A DNA stretch of 64,000 nucleotides from an uncultured delta proteobacterium (GCA_963760885.1 CAVXEY010000008.1:255022-319021), one strand, 5' to 3'; positions 1 through 9,289 are shown, counted from the stretch's first letter. The notes: a model not told the origin generated them from the sequence alone. Translations and numbers: made by a program.

Positions 1-882
1 ACGATGGACGCGCTGTTCAAGAACGCCGATATCGCCATGTACAACGCGAAAGAACAGGGCGGCAACTCCTACCGGTTCTATAACGCATCGATGAACATCC
101 GGTCGATGCAGCGCGTCCGGTTCGAAAGCTGGTTGCGCCATGCGCTGGACCGCGCGGAACTGGCCGTCTACTACCTGCCCCAATTCACGATCGACCCCCG
201 GCAGGTGGTTTGCGTGGAGGCGCTGGTGCGTTGGCGCCATCCGGAATTGGGCATGCTTGACCCCGCGCGTTTCCTTCCTTTTGCCGAGGAGATCGGATTC
301 ATCGCCGCGATCGACGCGTGGGTGCTCAAGACCGCGTGCGCGCGGGTCAAGGAATGGCAAAACGCGGGGTTCCCTCATCTTCGCCTGTCGGTGAACCTTT
401 CGTCGAAACATCTCCGGAACCCGCATCTCGTGGAGGGGATCGCGGGTGTACTGCGTGAGACCGGGTTGGATCCGCGCCATCTCGATGTGGAGATCGCCGA
501 GAGCGTAGCGATGAGACACCTGGAACAGACGATCCCGACGATCATCGGGCTGGCCGGGAAGGGAGTGGGCATTTCGATCGACAACTTCGGCACCGGCTAC
601 TCCTCAACCGATTACCTGAAGGAGCTGCCCATCAAATATCTCAAGATCGACAAATCCGTCGTCAAGGACATCCTCACCGACCCGTACCGCAGTGCGATCC
701 TCGGCGCCGCATCCGATATGGCCCGGAAGATGAAAATCGGGGTTGTCGCCGTAGGGGTGGAAACGGAGGAACAGCTCGAATTTCTCCGGTCCATCGGCTG
801 CAGGGAGATGCAGGGATTCCTCTTCAGCAGGCCGCTCCCCTGGGAAGAGATCCTGGAAAGGATTGCGCCCAGGATGGTATGA
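1..882 (+). CDS. GGDEF-EAL c-di-GMP phosphodiesterase, 5'-truncated at window edge. The end of a GGDEF domain is followed by a complete EAL domain.
   Basis: The translation carries the EAL-domain signatures (ELAVYYLPQ, EALVRW, DNFGTGYSS, KIDKSVV) preceded by a GGDEF tail (ADIAMYNAKEQGGN). The ORF runs off the 5' end. Confidence 0.85.
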   Translation, partial: TMDALFKNADIAMYNAKEQGGNSYRFYNASMNIRSMQRVRFESWLRHALDRAELAVYYLPQFTIDPRQVVCVEALVRWRHPELGMLDPARFLPFAEEIGFIAAIDAWVLKTACARVKEWQNAGFPHLRLSVNLSSKHLRNPHLVEGIAGVLRETGLDPRHLDVEIAESVAMRHLEQTIPTIIGLAGKGVGISIDNFGTGYSSTDYLKELPIKYLKIDKSVVKDILTDPYRSAILGAASDMARKMKIGVVAVGVETEEQLEFLRSIGCREMQGFLFSRPLPWEEILERIAPRMV

Positions 883-914
883 GGGTGGAAGGGGGCCGGG
901 CCTTGCGGATGCAC

Positions 915-975
915 TCCCGATCCTCCATCCCGATTCCATCCCGATTCCATCCTGATTCCATCCTGACCCCATCCG
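915..975. repeat. Tandem ~11-nt repeat (cgattccatcc / tgattccatcc, 4-5 units) in the intergenic region upstream of the csgG-like gene
   Basis: Direct reading of ccatcccgattccatcccgattccatcctgattccatcctgacccc. Confidence 0.6.
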
Positions 976-1195
976 GGTCTGCGCGACATCAAGAAATCGA
1001 CCCGCTCGAAACCTCGCCTGGATCAAGGGGAAGCCCGATTGTATGTCGCGCATGAAATCGATAGAATTTTACTTGTCATGGAAGGAACGGGGATTCGAAA
1101 CCGGGGGATCGAACCGGTTCCCCGAATCTCACGGCACGATCGGTGTGAACTGTAACGGGACCATGAAGTCGGGGTTCTCCCCAGGAGGGGCGAAG

Positions 1196-2080
1196 ATGAG
1201 AAACCATCCGTTTTCCGTGCATTGGCTGAGGCATTCCGCGACGGTTTTCTCCATGGTGGCGGTTTTCGTCGCGTGGATCCCGACCGCCGATGCGGGTACG
1301 ACGCCCACGCTGGGCGGGGGAGGGTCGGTGGCGACCGGTTCGGCGGGCGGGGCCGAATCTCAAGGCGCGAGCAGTCAGCTGGAAAAGTGCGACGAATCGC
1401 TGGGCACCATGGCGGTGGTGGAAGACCAGAACTCCGCCTGGTATCACCAGCTCTCCCAATACAAGCTGGGTTCGACGGTGCCGGTGTTGCGGATCATGAT
1501 CCAGCAATCGAACTGCTTTGTCGTTGTGGAACGCGGACGCGCCATGAACAACATGATGCAGGAGCGTGCGCTCAGTCAGTCCGGAGAGATGCGTCAAGGG
1601 AGCAACCTCGGGAAAGGTCAGATGGTCGCGGCGGACTACACCATGAGCCCGAATATCACCTTCAGCCAGAAAGGGACCTCCGGCATGGGAGGAGCATTGG
1701 GAGGATTGTTCGGCAGCGCCGGGAGAGTAATCGGCATGGTGGCGGGCGGCATCAAGGCGAACGAATCGTCGACGACGCTCCTGCTGATCGACAACCGTTC
1801 GGGGGTTCAATTGGCGGCGGCGGAAGGCAGTGCGAAGAACTTCGATTTCTCCCTCTTTGGTGGCGGTGCCGGCGGAGGCATGTTTGGTGGCGCCGGAGGG
1901 TACTCCGATACGCCGGAGGGGAAGGTATTGATCGCCGCATTCATGGATTCCTATAACAAATTGGTCAGAGCTACCCGTAATTACAAGGCGCAGACCGTAA
2001 AAGGAGGCCTGGGGACCGGCGGCAGGCTGGGGGTTCAAGGCGGGTCTACTCCGGCCTCGAAGGAGATTCCGAACAAGTAA
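1196..2080 (+). CDS. CsgG-family (curli secretion channel-like) periplasmic/outer-membrane protein, lone copy
   Basis: Block order resembles E. coli CsgG: MAVVEDQN (cf. VSVYNIQDETG), FVVVERGRAMNNMMQERAL (cf. FIPLERQGLQNLLNERK), Gly-rich loops. Start is at ATG 1196 after a signal-like MVAVFVAWIPTADA, with RBS GGAGGGG at 1183-1190. Confidence 0.6.
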   Translation: MRNHPFSVHWLRHSATVFSMVAVFVAWIPTADAGTTPTLGGGGSVATGSAGGAESQGASSQLEKCDESLGTMAVVEDQNSAWYHQLSQYKLGSTVPVLRIMIQQSNCFVVVERGRAMNNMMQERALSQSGEMRQGSNLGKGQMVAADYTMSPNITFSQKGTSGMGGALGGLFGSAGRVIGMVAGGIKANESSTTLLLIDNRSGVQLAAAEGSAKNFDFSLFGGGAGGGMFGGAGGYSDTPEGKVLIAAFMDSYNKLVRATRNYKAQTVKGGLGTGGRLGVQGGSTPASKEIPNK

Positions 2081-2102
2081 CGGAGAACGGATGGGATGAG
2101 GA

Positions 2103-2122
2103 TGGAAGGAGGCCGGCCTCCT
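2103..2122. terminator. Palindromic GC hairpin (GGAGGCCGGCCTCC) between the convergent csgG-like and histidine-kinase genes
   Basis: Perfect 14-nt palindrome seen directly; bidirectional terminator candidate. Confidence 0.4.
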
Positions 2123-2127
2123 TATCC

Positions 2128-4878
2128 TTAGGCCGGACGGGGGGAGTCGAGGACGGAGCGGACGGCTTTCACCAGCATGTCGGCGCGGTACGGCTTCGAA
2201 AGGAACGCCGTTCCGGGAGCCGGCTCGACGGGCGGGCTGCCGCTGGAGAGGAGGACCCGCACTCCCGGGTCGATGTTCCGGATCGCGCGAAAGACCTCCA
2301 TCCCGGACCGTTGGGGCATCGTGAGGTCGAGCACCACAAGGTCGATCGCCTCCCGGTTCAACCGGAAAAGATCGATCGCCTGAATTCCGTCCTCGGCCAG
2401 GAACACCTTGTACCCGTGCATCTCCATCACCTGGCGGCCAAGGTCGCGGATCAGCTCCTCGTCGTCCGCGAACAGCACGGTCTCCATCCCGGCCCCGGAA
2501 GGCAGGGTATCCGGGATCTTCTCCCTTTCCTCCGGGAGGCCCGTCGCCTCGGGGAAGTAGGCGCAGAAGGTCGTCCCCTTTCCCGTGCGGCTCTCCAGGT
2601 TGATCCACCCGTTGTGCTGCTTGATGATGCCGTACACGGTGGACAGCCCCAGCCCCGTCCCCCTCCCCATCTTCTTCGTGGTGAAGAACGGCTCGAACAC
2701 CCGCCGCTGCGTCGCTTCGTCCATCCCGGCACCGTTGTCGCCGATGGAGAGCCGGATAAAGGAGCCTTTCCGGGCGTACGGGAAGATCCGGCAGTAGTCG
2801 TCGTCCACCTCCACGTTCTCCGCCCGGATGTAGATCCAGTACCCCGTCAGCGGCCGCCTCCCCGACCTCTCCTCGGCCTCGAGACTCTCGATGATCGCGT
2901 CCCGGGCGTTTACGCACAGGTTCATGAGGACCTGGTGGACCTGGTTGGGATCGACAAAGGCCGGGAGCAGGTCGTCGGCGATGGAGCAGGTCACCCCGAT
3001 CCGGCGGTCGATCGTCTGGGAAAAGAGGGCGGTCACCTCCCGGGCCACGTTTCCGAGGTCCACGGGGCGGCACTCCGCGGGGGCGCGCCGGGAGAAGTCG
3101 AGGAGCTGGCGCACGAGCTGTACCGCGCGTTCCGAGGCCTTGATCCCTTCGGCGATCGGGGCCGACGCCGGGGAGCCGGGCGGCACGAACCCGCGGGCGA
3201 GGTCGAGACTGCCGAGGATCCCCGTGAGGATATTGTTGAAGTCGTGCGCGATCCCCCCGGCCAGTGTCCCGACGGCTTCCATCTTCTGCATCTCGATCAG
3301 CTGCTTTTCGAGCAGGCGCCGTTCCGTGACGTCGATCCCGGTCACGATGACGGAGACGATCGCCCCGGCCCCGTCGTGCAGGGGGGCATGGTTCCATGCG
3401 ATCATCCGCGGCGCATCGTGGGCGGTGACGATCGCGGTTTCGAGAGGGGGCGGCGTGCGCCCCGCGGCGACCCCCCGGATGGCGTCGCGGTGGAGGTCGC
3501 GGGCCGGCTCCGCGATCAGCAGGTCCCACATCATCTTTCCCTGCGCATCCCGCGCGTCGATCCCGGTCAGTTCCTCGCACTGCCGGTTGAAGAGCAGGAT
3601 CTCCCCTGCCCGGCTCACCTGCAGGACGAGCGCCCCGGAGATGTCCAGCATCCGGTTCGAGAAATCGCGCTCCTTCCGGAGTTCCCGGAGGACCCGCACC
3701 CTGTCGGTCACATCGCGAAGGACGATCATCCCGAGGGGGCCGCATCGCTTCGGGACGAACGAGTCGTTCCGGTCTTCCCGGGGCGCCCAGGTGAGACGGA
3801 TCTCCCCCGGGAAGGTCGATCCGTCCATGCGGAGGAGAGAGGTCTCCCACTCGCTCCGGAGCTCTCCCATGCCGGGCCTCAGCAATTCCTCCCGCAGATC
3901 GGCAACATCGTCGGGGTCCGCCAGGATCGAAACCGGGTCGGCGTCGAACAGCAGCCCCGGGGAAGCGTACCCGAGCATCTCGGCGGCCGCCGGATTGGCG
4001 CGCACCACCTTCCCCTCGCGCACCAGGATGACCCCGTCCCGCTGGTTCCTGAGCAGTTCGTCGTAGGAAGCCTTCGCGTTGACGAAGATCTCGTGGCGCC
4101 TGGCCCCCTGGATCGCGCTTCCCACCCGGCGGGCCATCGCGGCGAGCGCCTCCGATTCGACGGCGTCGAAGGCCGCGGCCGTGTCGGCGTGCACGACGAA
4201 AACCTTGTGCTGGAAACCGTGCTGCTCGATCCGGGCGGCGGCGCAGCGCTGGAGCCCGTGGCGCCGGCTCCCGTCCCGCCACTCCGCGGGGAGTCCGTCG
4301 CCGATGTCGCTCGCGGTGATCGTCCCGCCGTTCCGCAATGCGCTTCCGGGCGGCGTTCGCCCCAAGGGCGTGTCGTCCCAGCGGAGAGGGATTTCCCGGA
4401 GAAACTCCCCGGCGTCCCCCGCGCTGCACTCCACGCGGATCGATCCGTCGGCCTCGGCGGTTCCCACCCACACGAGGCGGTACCCGCGGGAGCGGGAGAG
4501 GATGCCGCACACCAGGGAGAGGACCATCCCCTCCTCCAGGACGCCCACAAGGGACCGCTCCACCTCGGCGATCAGCTCGAACCGCGCCTCGAGTCGATCC
4601 CTGTAGCGGAACCATTGGCCGGTGAGGAGGAAGCCCGCGGCGAGGAGCAGGGAGATGAAGAATTCGGCGATCACGACCGGCTGGTCGGCAAGCGGCGTAG
4701 CCGTGGACCAGGAAGAGGAGAAGACCACCCAGACCGAAAGAAGACCCTTCAGGAAGAGGGCAAGGGAGACGAAGGACCAGACACGGCCGAGCCGGCCGGT
4801 CGACAGAAACACGACCGACTGCCACGCGGCGACGAACTGAAAGAATGCCGAGACGCACTGGACCGCAGGAAGCACCAT
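2128..4878 (-). CDS. Membrane-anchored PAS/PAS hybrid sensor histidine kinase (HisKA + HATPase_c + C-terminal receiver)
   Basis: Four N-terminal TM segments, PAS repeats, the H-box AHDFNNILTGILG, the N/G boxes LMNLCVNARDA and GTGLGLS, and a receiver VLFADDEELIRD...VVLDLTMP. Start chosen at the internal ATG (MVLPAV...) with a GGGGAG RBS. Confidence 0.85.
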   Translation of the reverse strand: MVLPAVQCVSAFFQFVAAWQSVVFLSTGRLGRVWSFVSLALFLKGLLSVWVVFSSSWSTATPLADQPVVIAEFFISLLLAAGFLLTGQWFRYRDRLEARFELIAEVERSLVGVLEEGMVLSLVCGILSRSRGYRLVWVGTAEADGSIRVECSAGDAGEFLREIPLRWDDTPLGRTPPGSALRNGGTITASDIGDGLPAEWRDGSRRHGLQRCAAARIEQHGFQHKVFVVHADTAAAFDAVESEALAAMARRVGSAIQGARRHEIFVNAKASYDELLRNQRDGVILVREGKVVRANPAAAEMLGYASPGLLFDADPVSILADPDDVADLREELLRPGMGELRSEWETSLLRMDGSTFPGEIRLTWAPREDRNDSFVPKRCGPLGMIVLRDVTDRVRVLRELRKERDFSNRMLDISGALVLQVSRAGEILLFNRQCEELTGIDARDAQGKMMWDLLIAEPARDLHRDAIRGVAAGRTPPPLETAIVTAHDAPRMIAWNHAPLHDGAGAIVSVIVTGIDVTERRLLEKQLIEMQKMEAVGTLAGGIAHDFNNILTGILGSLDLARGFVPPGSPASAPIAEGIKASERAVQLVRQLLDFSRRAPAECRPVDLGNVAREVTALFSQTIDRRIGVTCSIADDLLPAFVDPNQVHQVLMNLCVNARDAIIESLEAEERSGRRPLTGYWIYIRAENVEVDDDYCRIFPYARKGSFIRLSIGDNGAGMDEATQRRVFEPFFTTKKMGRGTGLGLSTVYGIIKQHNGWINLESRTGKGTTFCAYFPEATGLPEEREKIPDTLPSGAGMETVLFADDEELIRDLGRQVMEMHGYKVFLAEDGIQAIDLFRLNREAIDLVVLDLTMPQRSGMEVFRAIRNIDPGVRVLLSSGSPPVEPAPGTAFLSKPYRADMLVKAVRSVLDSPRPA

Positions 4879-5069
4879 CCGGGTATTCCACTCCCCCGTT
4901 TTCTCTCGTGAACGACTCCCATGATCCCTATCGGCGGGATACACCCGGATCTTCAAGAGATTCTTTCGACCCGACGGCATTCTACCAGATGGAAGGGCCG
5001 CCCGCTCTTATGGCGAATGATTGCGGAAAATTATAGAATGCCGGCATCATCGTCCAACAGGAGACGCGG

Positions 5070-6491
5070 ATGGCGAACGGGGCACGGAGCGACTCGATCG
5101 TAAGGGGATTCGCCCTCTCTTCGGTGTTCTGGCTGCTGGTCGGGCTGGTGATCGGGCTCTGGCTGGCCGCCGAGATGGTCTTCCCCGCCCTCAACCTTGC
5201 GCCCTGGCTCGCGTACGGGCGCCTGCGCGTCGTCCACACGAACGGGCTGATCTACGGTTTCACCATCGCAGGGATCTTCGCCTGCAGTTACTACATTCTG
5301 GAAAAACTGACCCGGACCCCGCTCGCCTTTCCGGGCCTCGCGAAGGTTCAACTCTGGCTGTTCAACATCGCCATCGTTCTGGCGGCCCTCTCCCTGTTCG
5401 CAGGGATGAACACCTCCAAGGAGTACGCGGAGCTGGAGTGGCCCCTCGACATCGTGGTGGTGGTCCTTTGGGTGATGTTCGCCGTGATCGTGATGGGGAC
5501 GCTCGTGAAGCGGCGGGAGAAGCAGATGTACGTCTCCCTCTGGTTCCTGATCGCCTGCGTCGTCACGGTGGCGGTCGTCTACATCCTCAACAACCTCGCG
5601 ATCCCGGTAAGCCTCACCAAGTCGTACTCGGCGTACGCCGGAGTGAACGACGCCAACGTCCAGTGGTGGTTCGGGCACAACGCCGTGGCATCCGTCTTCA
5701 CCTTCCCGATCCTCGCGATGTTCTATTATTTCCTGCCGAAATCCTCGGGGCTTCCGATCTACAGCCACCGCCTCTCCATCATCGCCTTCTGGTCCCTCGT
5801 CTTCGGCTACCTGTGGACCGGGGCGCACCACCTGATGCTGAGCCCGGTGCCCGAGTGGATCCAGACGGTCGCGCTCGCGTTCAGCCTGTTCCTCATCGCC
5901 CCCTCCTGGGCCTCGGTCATCAACGGCTTCTACACGATGAACGGGAACTGGGACCGGATGAAGTCGAACTACCTGGTCAAGTTCTTCATTCTCGGGATCA
6001 CCTTCTACGGGCTCCAGACGATCCAGGGCCCGACCCAGGCGATCCGGGTGCTCTCGGCCCACCTCCACTACACCGATTACATCCCCGGCCACGTCCACAT
6101 GGGGACGATGGGGTGGGTGACGATGGTCATCACTGCGTCCATGTATTTCATGATGACGAAGATCTCCGGCCGGGAGGTCCACAGCGTCAAGCTGGCGAAC
6201 GTCCATTTCTGGCTGATCCTCGTGGGGCAGCTCCTGTTCACCGTGACCTTGTGGATCGCCGGCATCGTCCAGGGCGCCATGTGGAAGGCCACCAACCCCG
6301 ACGGCTCCCTCGCGTACACCTTCCTCGACTCCGTGGCGGCGATGTACCCGTACTGGACCGTGAGGCTCCTCGGCGGCCTTCTCTACTTCGCCGGGATCGT
6401 GGTCTTCTCCTACAACCTGTATATGACCTCCCGGTCGAAACCATGGGCGAAATCGCCGGCCGCGGCAGCGGCCACGTCCCAGGCGGCCTGA
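5070..6491 (+). CDS. ccoN: cbb3-type cytochrome c oxidase subunit I (CcoN)
   Basis: 12+ TM heme-copper oxidase fold, with the CcoN-typical motifs WFGHNAV, FPILAMFYYFLPK, GAHHLMLSPVPEW and HVHMGTMGWVTMV. RBS AGGAGA upstream. Confidence 0.95.
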   Translation: MANGARSDSIVRGFALSSVFWLLVGLVIGLWLAAEMVFPALNLAPWLAYGRLRVVHTNGLIYGFTIAGIFACSYYILEKLTRTPLAFPGLAKVQLWLFNIAIVLAALSLFAGMNTSKEYAELEWPLDIVVVVLWVMFAVIVMGTLVKRREKQMYVSLWFLIACVVTVAVVYILNNLAIPVSLTKSYSAYAGVNDANVQWWFGHNAVASVFTFPILAMFYYFLPKSSGLPIYSHRLSIIAFWSLVFGYLWTGAHHLMLSPVPEWIQTVALAFSLFLIAPSWASVINGFYTMNGNWDRMKSNYLVKFFILGITFYGLQTIQGPTQAIRVLSAHLHYTDYIPGHVHMGTMGWVTMVITASMYFMMTKISGREVHSVKLANVHFWLILVGQLLFTVTLWIAGIVQGAMWKATNPDGSLAYTFLDSVAAMYPYWTVRLLGGLLYFAGIVVFSYNLYMTSRSKPWAKSPAAAAATSQAA

Positions 6492-6506
6492 GTAAGGAGA
6501 CGGCGG

Positions 6507-7493
6507 ATGCGCTTCGACAGCCTCTACGAAAAACCCGTGCTCTTCGCCCTCGCGGCGGTGGTCGTCATCTCGGTGGGGACGCTGGTGACGACCTTCATCC
6601 CCCTCTTCCTCCCGTCGACCCAGCCGGTGAGCCCGCTGTTCAAGCCATACACGGCGGTCGAGACGGAAGGCAGGGACATCTACATCCGGGAAGGGTGCAA
6701 CAACTGCCACACCCAGACGGTACGGCCGCTGCGCTCCGAGGTCGCCCGGTACGGCGACTACTCCCGGGCCGAGGAGTCCGCCTGGGACCGCCCCTTCCTG
6801 TGGGGTTCGCGGCGAACGGGGCCCGACCTCGCCCGGGTGGGGGGAAAGTACCCGGACGCGTGGCATTACCGCCACATGGCGAACCCGCAGGCGATGTTCG
6901 ATAAATCGAACATGCCGGCGTATCCATGGCTCGCGAAAGCGAAGCTCGACACCTCCCTGACGGCCCGGAAGGTGAAAACCCTCGGTTTCGGCTACGACGA
7001 GGCGGAGGTCGCCCGGCAACTGGCCGGCTTCCGGCGGACGGTCACGGCGGCGACCTATCCGTCCGCGCAGGTCCGCTCCCAGGTGACGCCGGCCGAGCTT
7101 CGTGGGGAGACCACCGAACTCGACGCCCTGGTGGCGTATCTCCAGAAACTGGGGCGGGACATGAAAGCGTCGCAGAAACCGGCCGCGGGGGCTGTCTCCG
7201 CCGAGGCGGCCGAATTGAAGAACCCGTACGCGGGAAACCGCGCGGCGGAGGAGGCAGGCGAGAAGATCTTCAAGGAGAATTGCCGTCCCTGCCACGGCGA
7301 AAACGGGGTCGGCGGATTCGGCCCGAAGCTGGCGACGACCACCCACAAGTTCGGTGGTTCGGACGCGGACCTGTTCACATCCATCGCGGGGGGCCGCCCG
7401 GGAGGTATGCCCACGTTCCTTTCGCAGCTGGGGAAAGACAGGATCTGGAAGGCGGTCACCTACATCCGGCACCTTGAAAAGAGCGGCCAATGA
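6507..7493 (+). CDS. ccoO: cbb3 oxidase subunit II (CcoO) with a fused C-terminal monoheme cytochrome c domain
   Basis: N-terminal TM plus CNNCH heme site and the FixO-like block (WDRPFLWGSRRTGPDLARVGGKY). A second CXXCH (CRPCHGENG) and GGMP motif sit in the ~100-aa C-terminal extension. Confidence 0.9.
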   Translation: MRFDSLYEKPVLFALAAVVVISVGTLVTTFIPLFLPSTQPVSPLFKPYTAVETEGRDIYIREGCNNCHTQTVRPLRSEVARYGDYSRAEESAWDRPFLWGSRRTGPDLARVGGKYPDAWHYRHMANPQAMFDKSNMPAYPWLAKAKLDTSLTARKVKTLGFGYDEAEVARQLAGFRRTVTAATYPSAQVRSQVTPAELRGETTELDALVAYLQKLGRDMKASQKPAAGAVSAEAAELKNPYAGNRAAEEAGEKIFKENCRPCHGENGVGGFGPKLATTTHKFGGSDADLFTSIAGGRPGGMPTFLSQLGKDRIWKAVTYIRHLEKSGQ

Positions 7494-7669
7494 CACCGCG
7501 CGCGCTGGCGTATCTTTTCTTCACGCTGCTCCTCGCCGTGGTCTTCGCAGGGATCGTCGCGTATTATTTCAACCGGAAGCGGCACGACCGCGTGGAAGCC
7601 CCGAAGTACCGGATGCTGGACGACGACGATCCGCTGCCCGGCTCCACGGGCGGCCGCCGGGAGGTATGA
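7490..7669 (+). CDS. ccoQ: CcoQ-like small single-TM subunit (59 aa), absent from the ORF track
   Basis: ATG overlaps the ccoO stop (ATGA). Translation is MTPRALAYLFFTLLLAVVFAGIVAYYFNRKRHDRVEAPKYRMLDDDDPLPGSTGGRREV. It occupies the canonical ccoNOQP position, and its tail motif RMLDDD is shared with CcoS downstream. Confidence 0.5.
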   Translation: MTPRALAYLFFTLLLAVVFAGIVAYYFNRKRHDRVEAPKYRMLDDDDPLPGSTGGRREV

Positions 7670-7673
7670 TCCG

Positions 7674-8156
7674 ATGGACGAGCCGATCGGGAAGCTGGAG
7701 GCGCACAACAAGGTTCCCCGCGGTTTCCTCATCCTGCTGTTCGGGTTGATCGCAATCGGCGTCTACTACATCGCCGCGTACACGCCGGGGATCAGCGGCT
7801 GGTCGCAATACAAGACGTTATCGAAGGAGATGGAGGCGGACAAGCTGAAAGCCGCCGCCGACGCCGCGAAGATGACCGAGAACCCCTACGAGCGGGATGA
7901 AAAGGCCGTGGCGGAAGGGCAGGTCCTCTACGCCGCGAAATGCGCCGAGTGCCACGGGAAAGACCTGAAGGGAGCGGACGGCCCGTCCCTGGTCGGCCAC
8001 CTGAAGTTCGGCGAACAGGATCCCGGGAAATACGAGTCGATCGCGAAGGGGCGCCCGGGCGGGATGCCCGCGTTCGAGACGGAACTGGGACGGGACCGGA
8101 TCTGGAAGGTGCTGGCCTACGTCGACTCGGTACGGGAATACGGGAGGAAACCGTAA
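7674..8156 (+). CDS. ccoP: Monoheme membrane-anchored cytochrome c, CcoP-like (cbb3 subunit III with one heme domain)
   Basis: N-terminal TM (GFLILLFGLIAIGVYYIAAY), one CAECH heme site, and a GRPGGMPAF methionine ligand region. Confidence 0.75.
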   Translation: MDEPIGKLEAHNKVPRGFLILLFGLIAIGVYYIAAYTPGISGWSQYKTLSKEMEADKLKAAADAAKMTENPYERDEKAVAEGQVLYAAKCAECHGKDLKGADGPSLVGHLKFGEQDPGKYESIAKGRPGGMPAFETELGRDRIWKVLAYVDSVREYGRKP

Positions 8157-8185
8157 CCCTCCCGTCTCCGGGTTACACTCGTTCC

Positions 8186-9289
8186 ATGTGGAAAAATCGC
8201 CGACGGACCGTCGCCCTCCTCGGGGGAGCGGCGACCCTTCTCCTCCCTTTCCTCCGGATCCGCGGACGCAGCGCGGCGCGCTTCGACCTTCCGACCCTCT
8301 CGCTCCACTTCTTCGGGGCGGTCGTTCCGATCGACGAGTTCTACCTGGTCCTGCTGGGCGCGCTCTTCCTCGTGGCGCTCATCCTCTGGGTGACGGTCGT
8401 CTTCGGCAGATTGTGGTGCGGCTGGCTCTGCCCGCAGACGGTGATCCGGGAGATCGGCGAGTGGATCGCCTCCGCGCTCCCGGCCCGATTCCGCCGCGTC
8501 GGAAAGACGCTGGCGCTCCTCCCCTTCTCCGCTCTGGTGTCCCTCTCCCTCCTGTGGTACTTCGTCCCTCCCGCCGAGGCGACCCGCGACCTCTTCCGGT
8601 CCCCGATCCTGCTCGGCTTCTTCCTGTCCCAGTGGGGAGTGATCTACATCATGGTGGCCGTCATCGGGCCCCGCTTCTGCAAGACGGCGTGCCCGTACGC
8701 GATGCTCCAGAATGTCCTCTCCGACCGGGAGACGCTCGCGATCGCGTACGACCCGGCGCGGCCCGTATGCCTCCGGTGCGACGGCTGCATCCGGGTCTGC
8801 CCGGTGGGGATCGACGTCCGGAAGGGAGCGCAGCGGGAGTGCATCGCCTGCGCGTCGTGCATCGACGCCTGCCGGGAGGCGACGTCGGGGCGGGACATCG
8901 AGCCCTTCATCGCCTACCGGGGAACGGTCCTGCGCGGGAAAGCGTACCTCTTCGCGGGGGGGTGCCTCGCGGCGGCGCTCGTCCTCTTCGCGGCGGCCTG
9001 GAGCCGTCCCGACATCCGGTTCGCCGTGCAGTGGGAAGGGAAGGCCGGTGCGCGCCGCGGAAACGTCTACCGGTACTCCGTGCGGAACGATTCGGACCGG
9101 CCGGTCGCGCTCGCGCTTTCCGTCGATCGGCCTGCGCGCCTCCTCGACGATCCGGAGGTCGCGGTGCCCTCCCGGGGCCGCGTAACCGGGACGGTGACGG
9201 TGCAGGGAGAAAGCGGAACGACGGGGGAGATCCGGATCACGGCCACAGGGCCGGGCTTCCGGCTCGTCCGGAAGGCGGCGTTTCCGTGA
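8186..9289 (+). CDS. ccoG: CcoG/FixG polyferredoxin-like cbb3 assembly protein
   Basis: Carries WCGWLCPQ and two 4Fe-4S cysteine clusters (CLRCDGCIRVCP, CIACASCIDAC). Start chosen at the internal ATG MWKNRRR. Confidence 0.9.
   Translation: MWKNRRRTVALLGGAATLLLPFLRIRGRSAARFDLPTLSLHFFGAVVPIDEFYLVLLGALFLVALILWVTVVFGRLWCGWLCPQTVIREIGEWIASALPARFRRVGKTLALLPFSALVSLSLLWYFVPPAEATRDLFRSPILLGFFLSQWGVIYIMVAVIGPRFCKTACPYAMLQNVLSDRETLAIAYDPARPVCLRCDGCIRVCPVGIDVRKGAQRECIACASCIDACREATSGRDIEPFIAYRGTVLRGKAYLFAGGCLAAALVLFAAAWSRPDIRFAVQWEGKAGARRGNVYRYSVRNDSDRPVALALSVDRPARLLDDPEVAVPSRGRVTGTVTVQGESGTTGEIRITATGPGFRLVRKAAFP

Noticed and set aside
1095-1140. Apparent hairpin ggattcgaaaccggggga...ccggttccccgaatc upstream of the csgG-like gene
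   Set aside because: Arms are not actually complementary on inspection (gattcgaaaccgg versus ccggttccccgaatc).
1076-4891. Very long ORFs (e.g. 1076-4891 minus, 2311-4911 plus, 5031-7496 minus, 15906-18767 minus, 15914-19057 plus, 18676-20949 minus, 32125-34830 minus, 32892-36620 plus, 54713-56731 minus) with Arg/Gly/Pro/Asp-rich translations
   Set aside because: They lie antisense or out-of-frame to well-supported genes. Their composition is typical of stop-codon-poor alternative frames in >65% GC DNA. None shows a recognisable domain.
5008-5040. FNR/ANR box upstream of ccoN (TTGCGgaaaATTAT)
   Set aside because: It matches only 3 of 5 positions per half-site, and its spacing to the candidate -10 (TAGAAT) is too short for a class II activator site.
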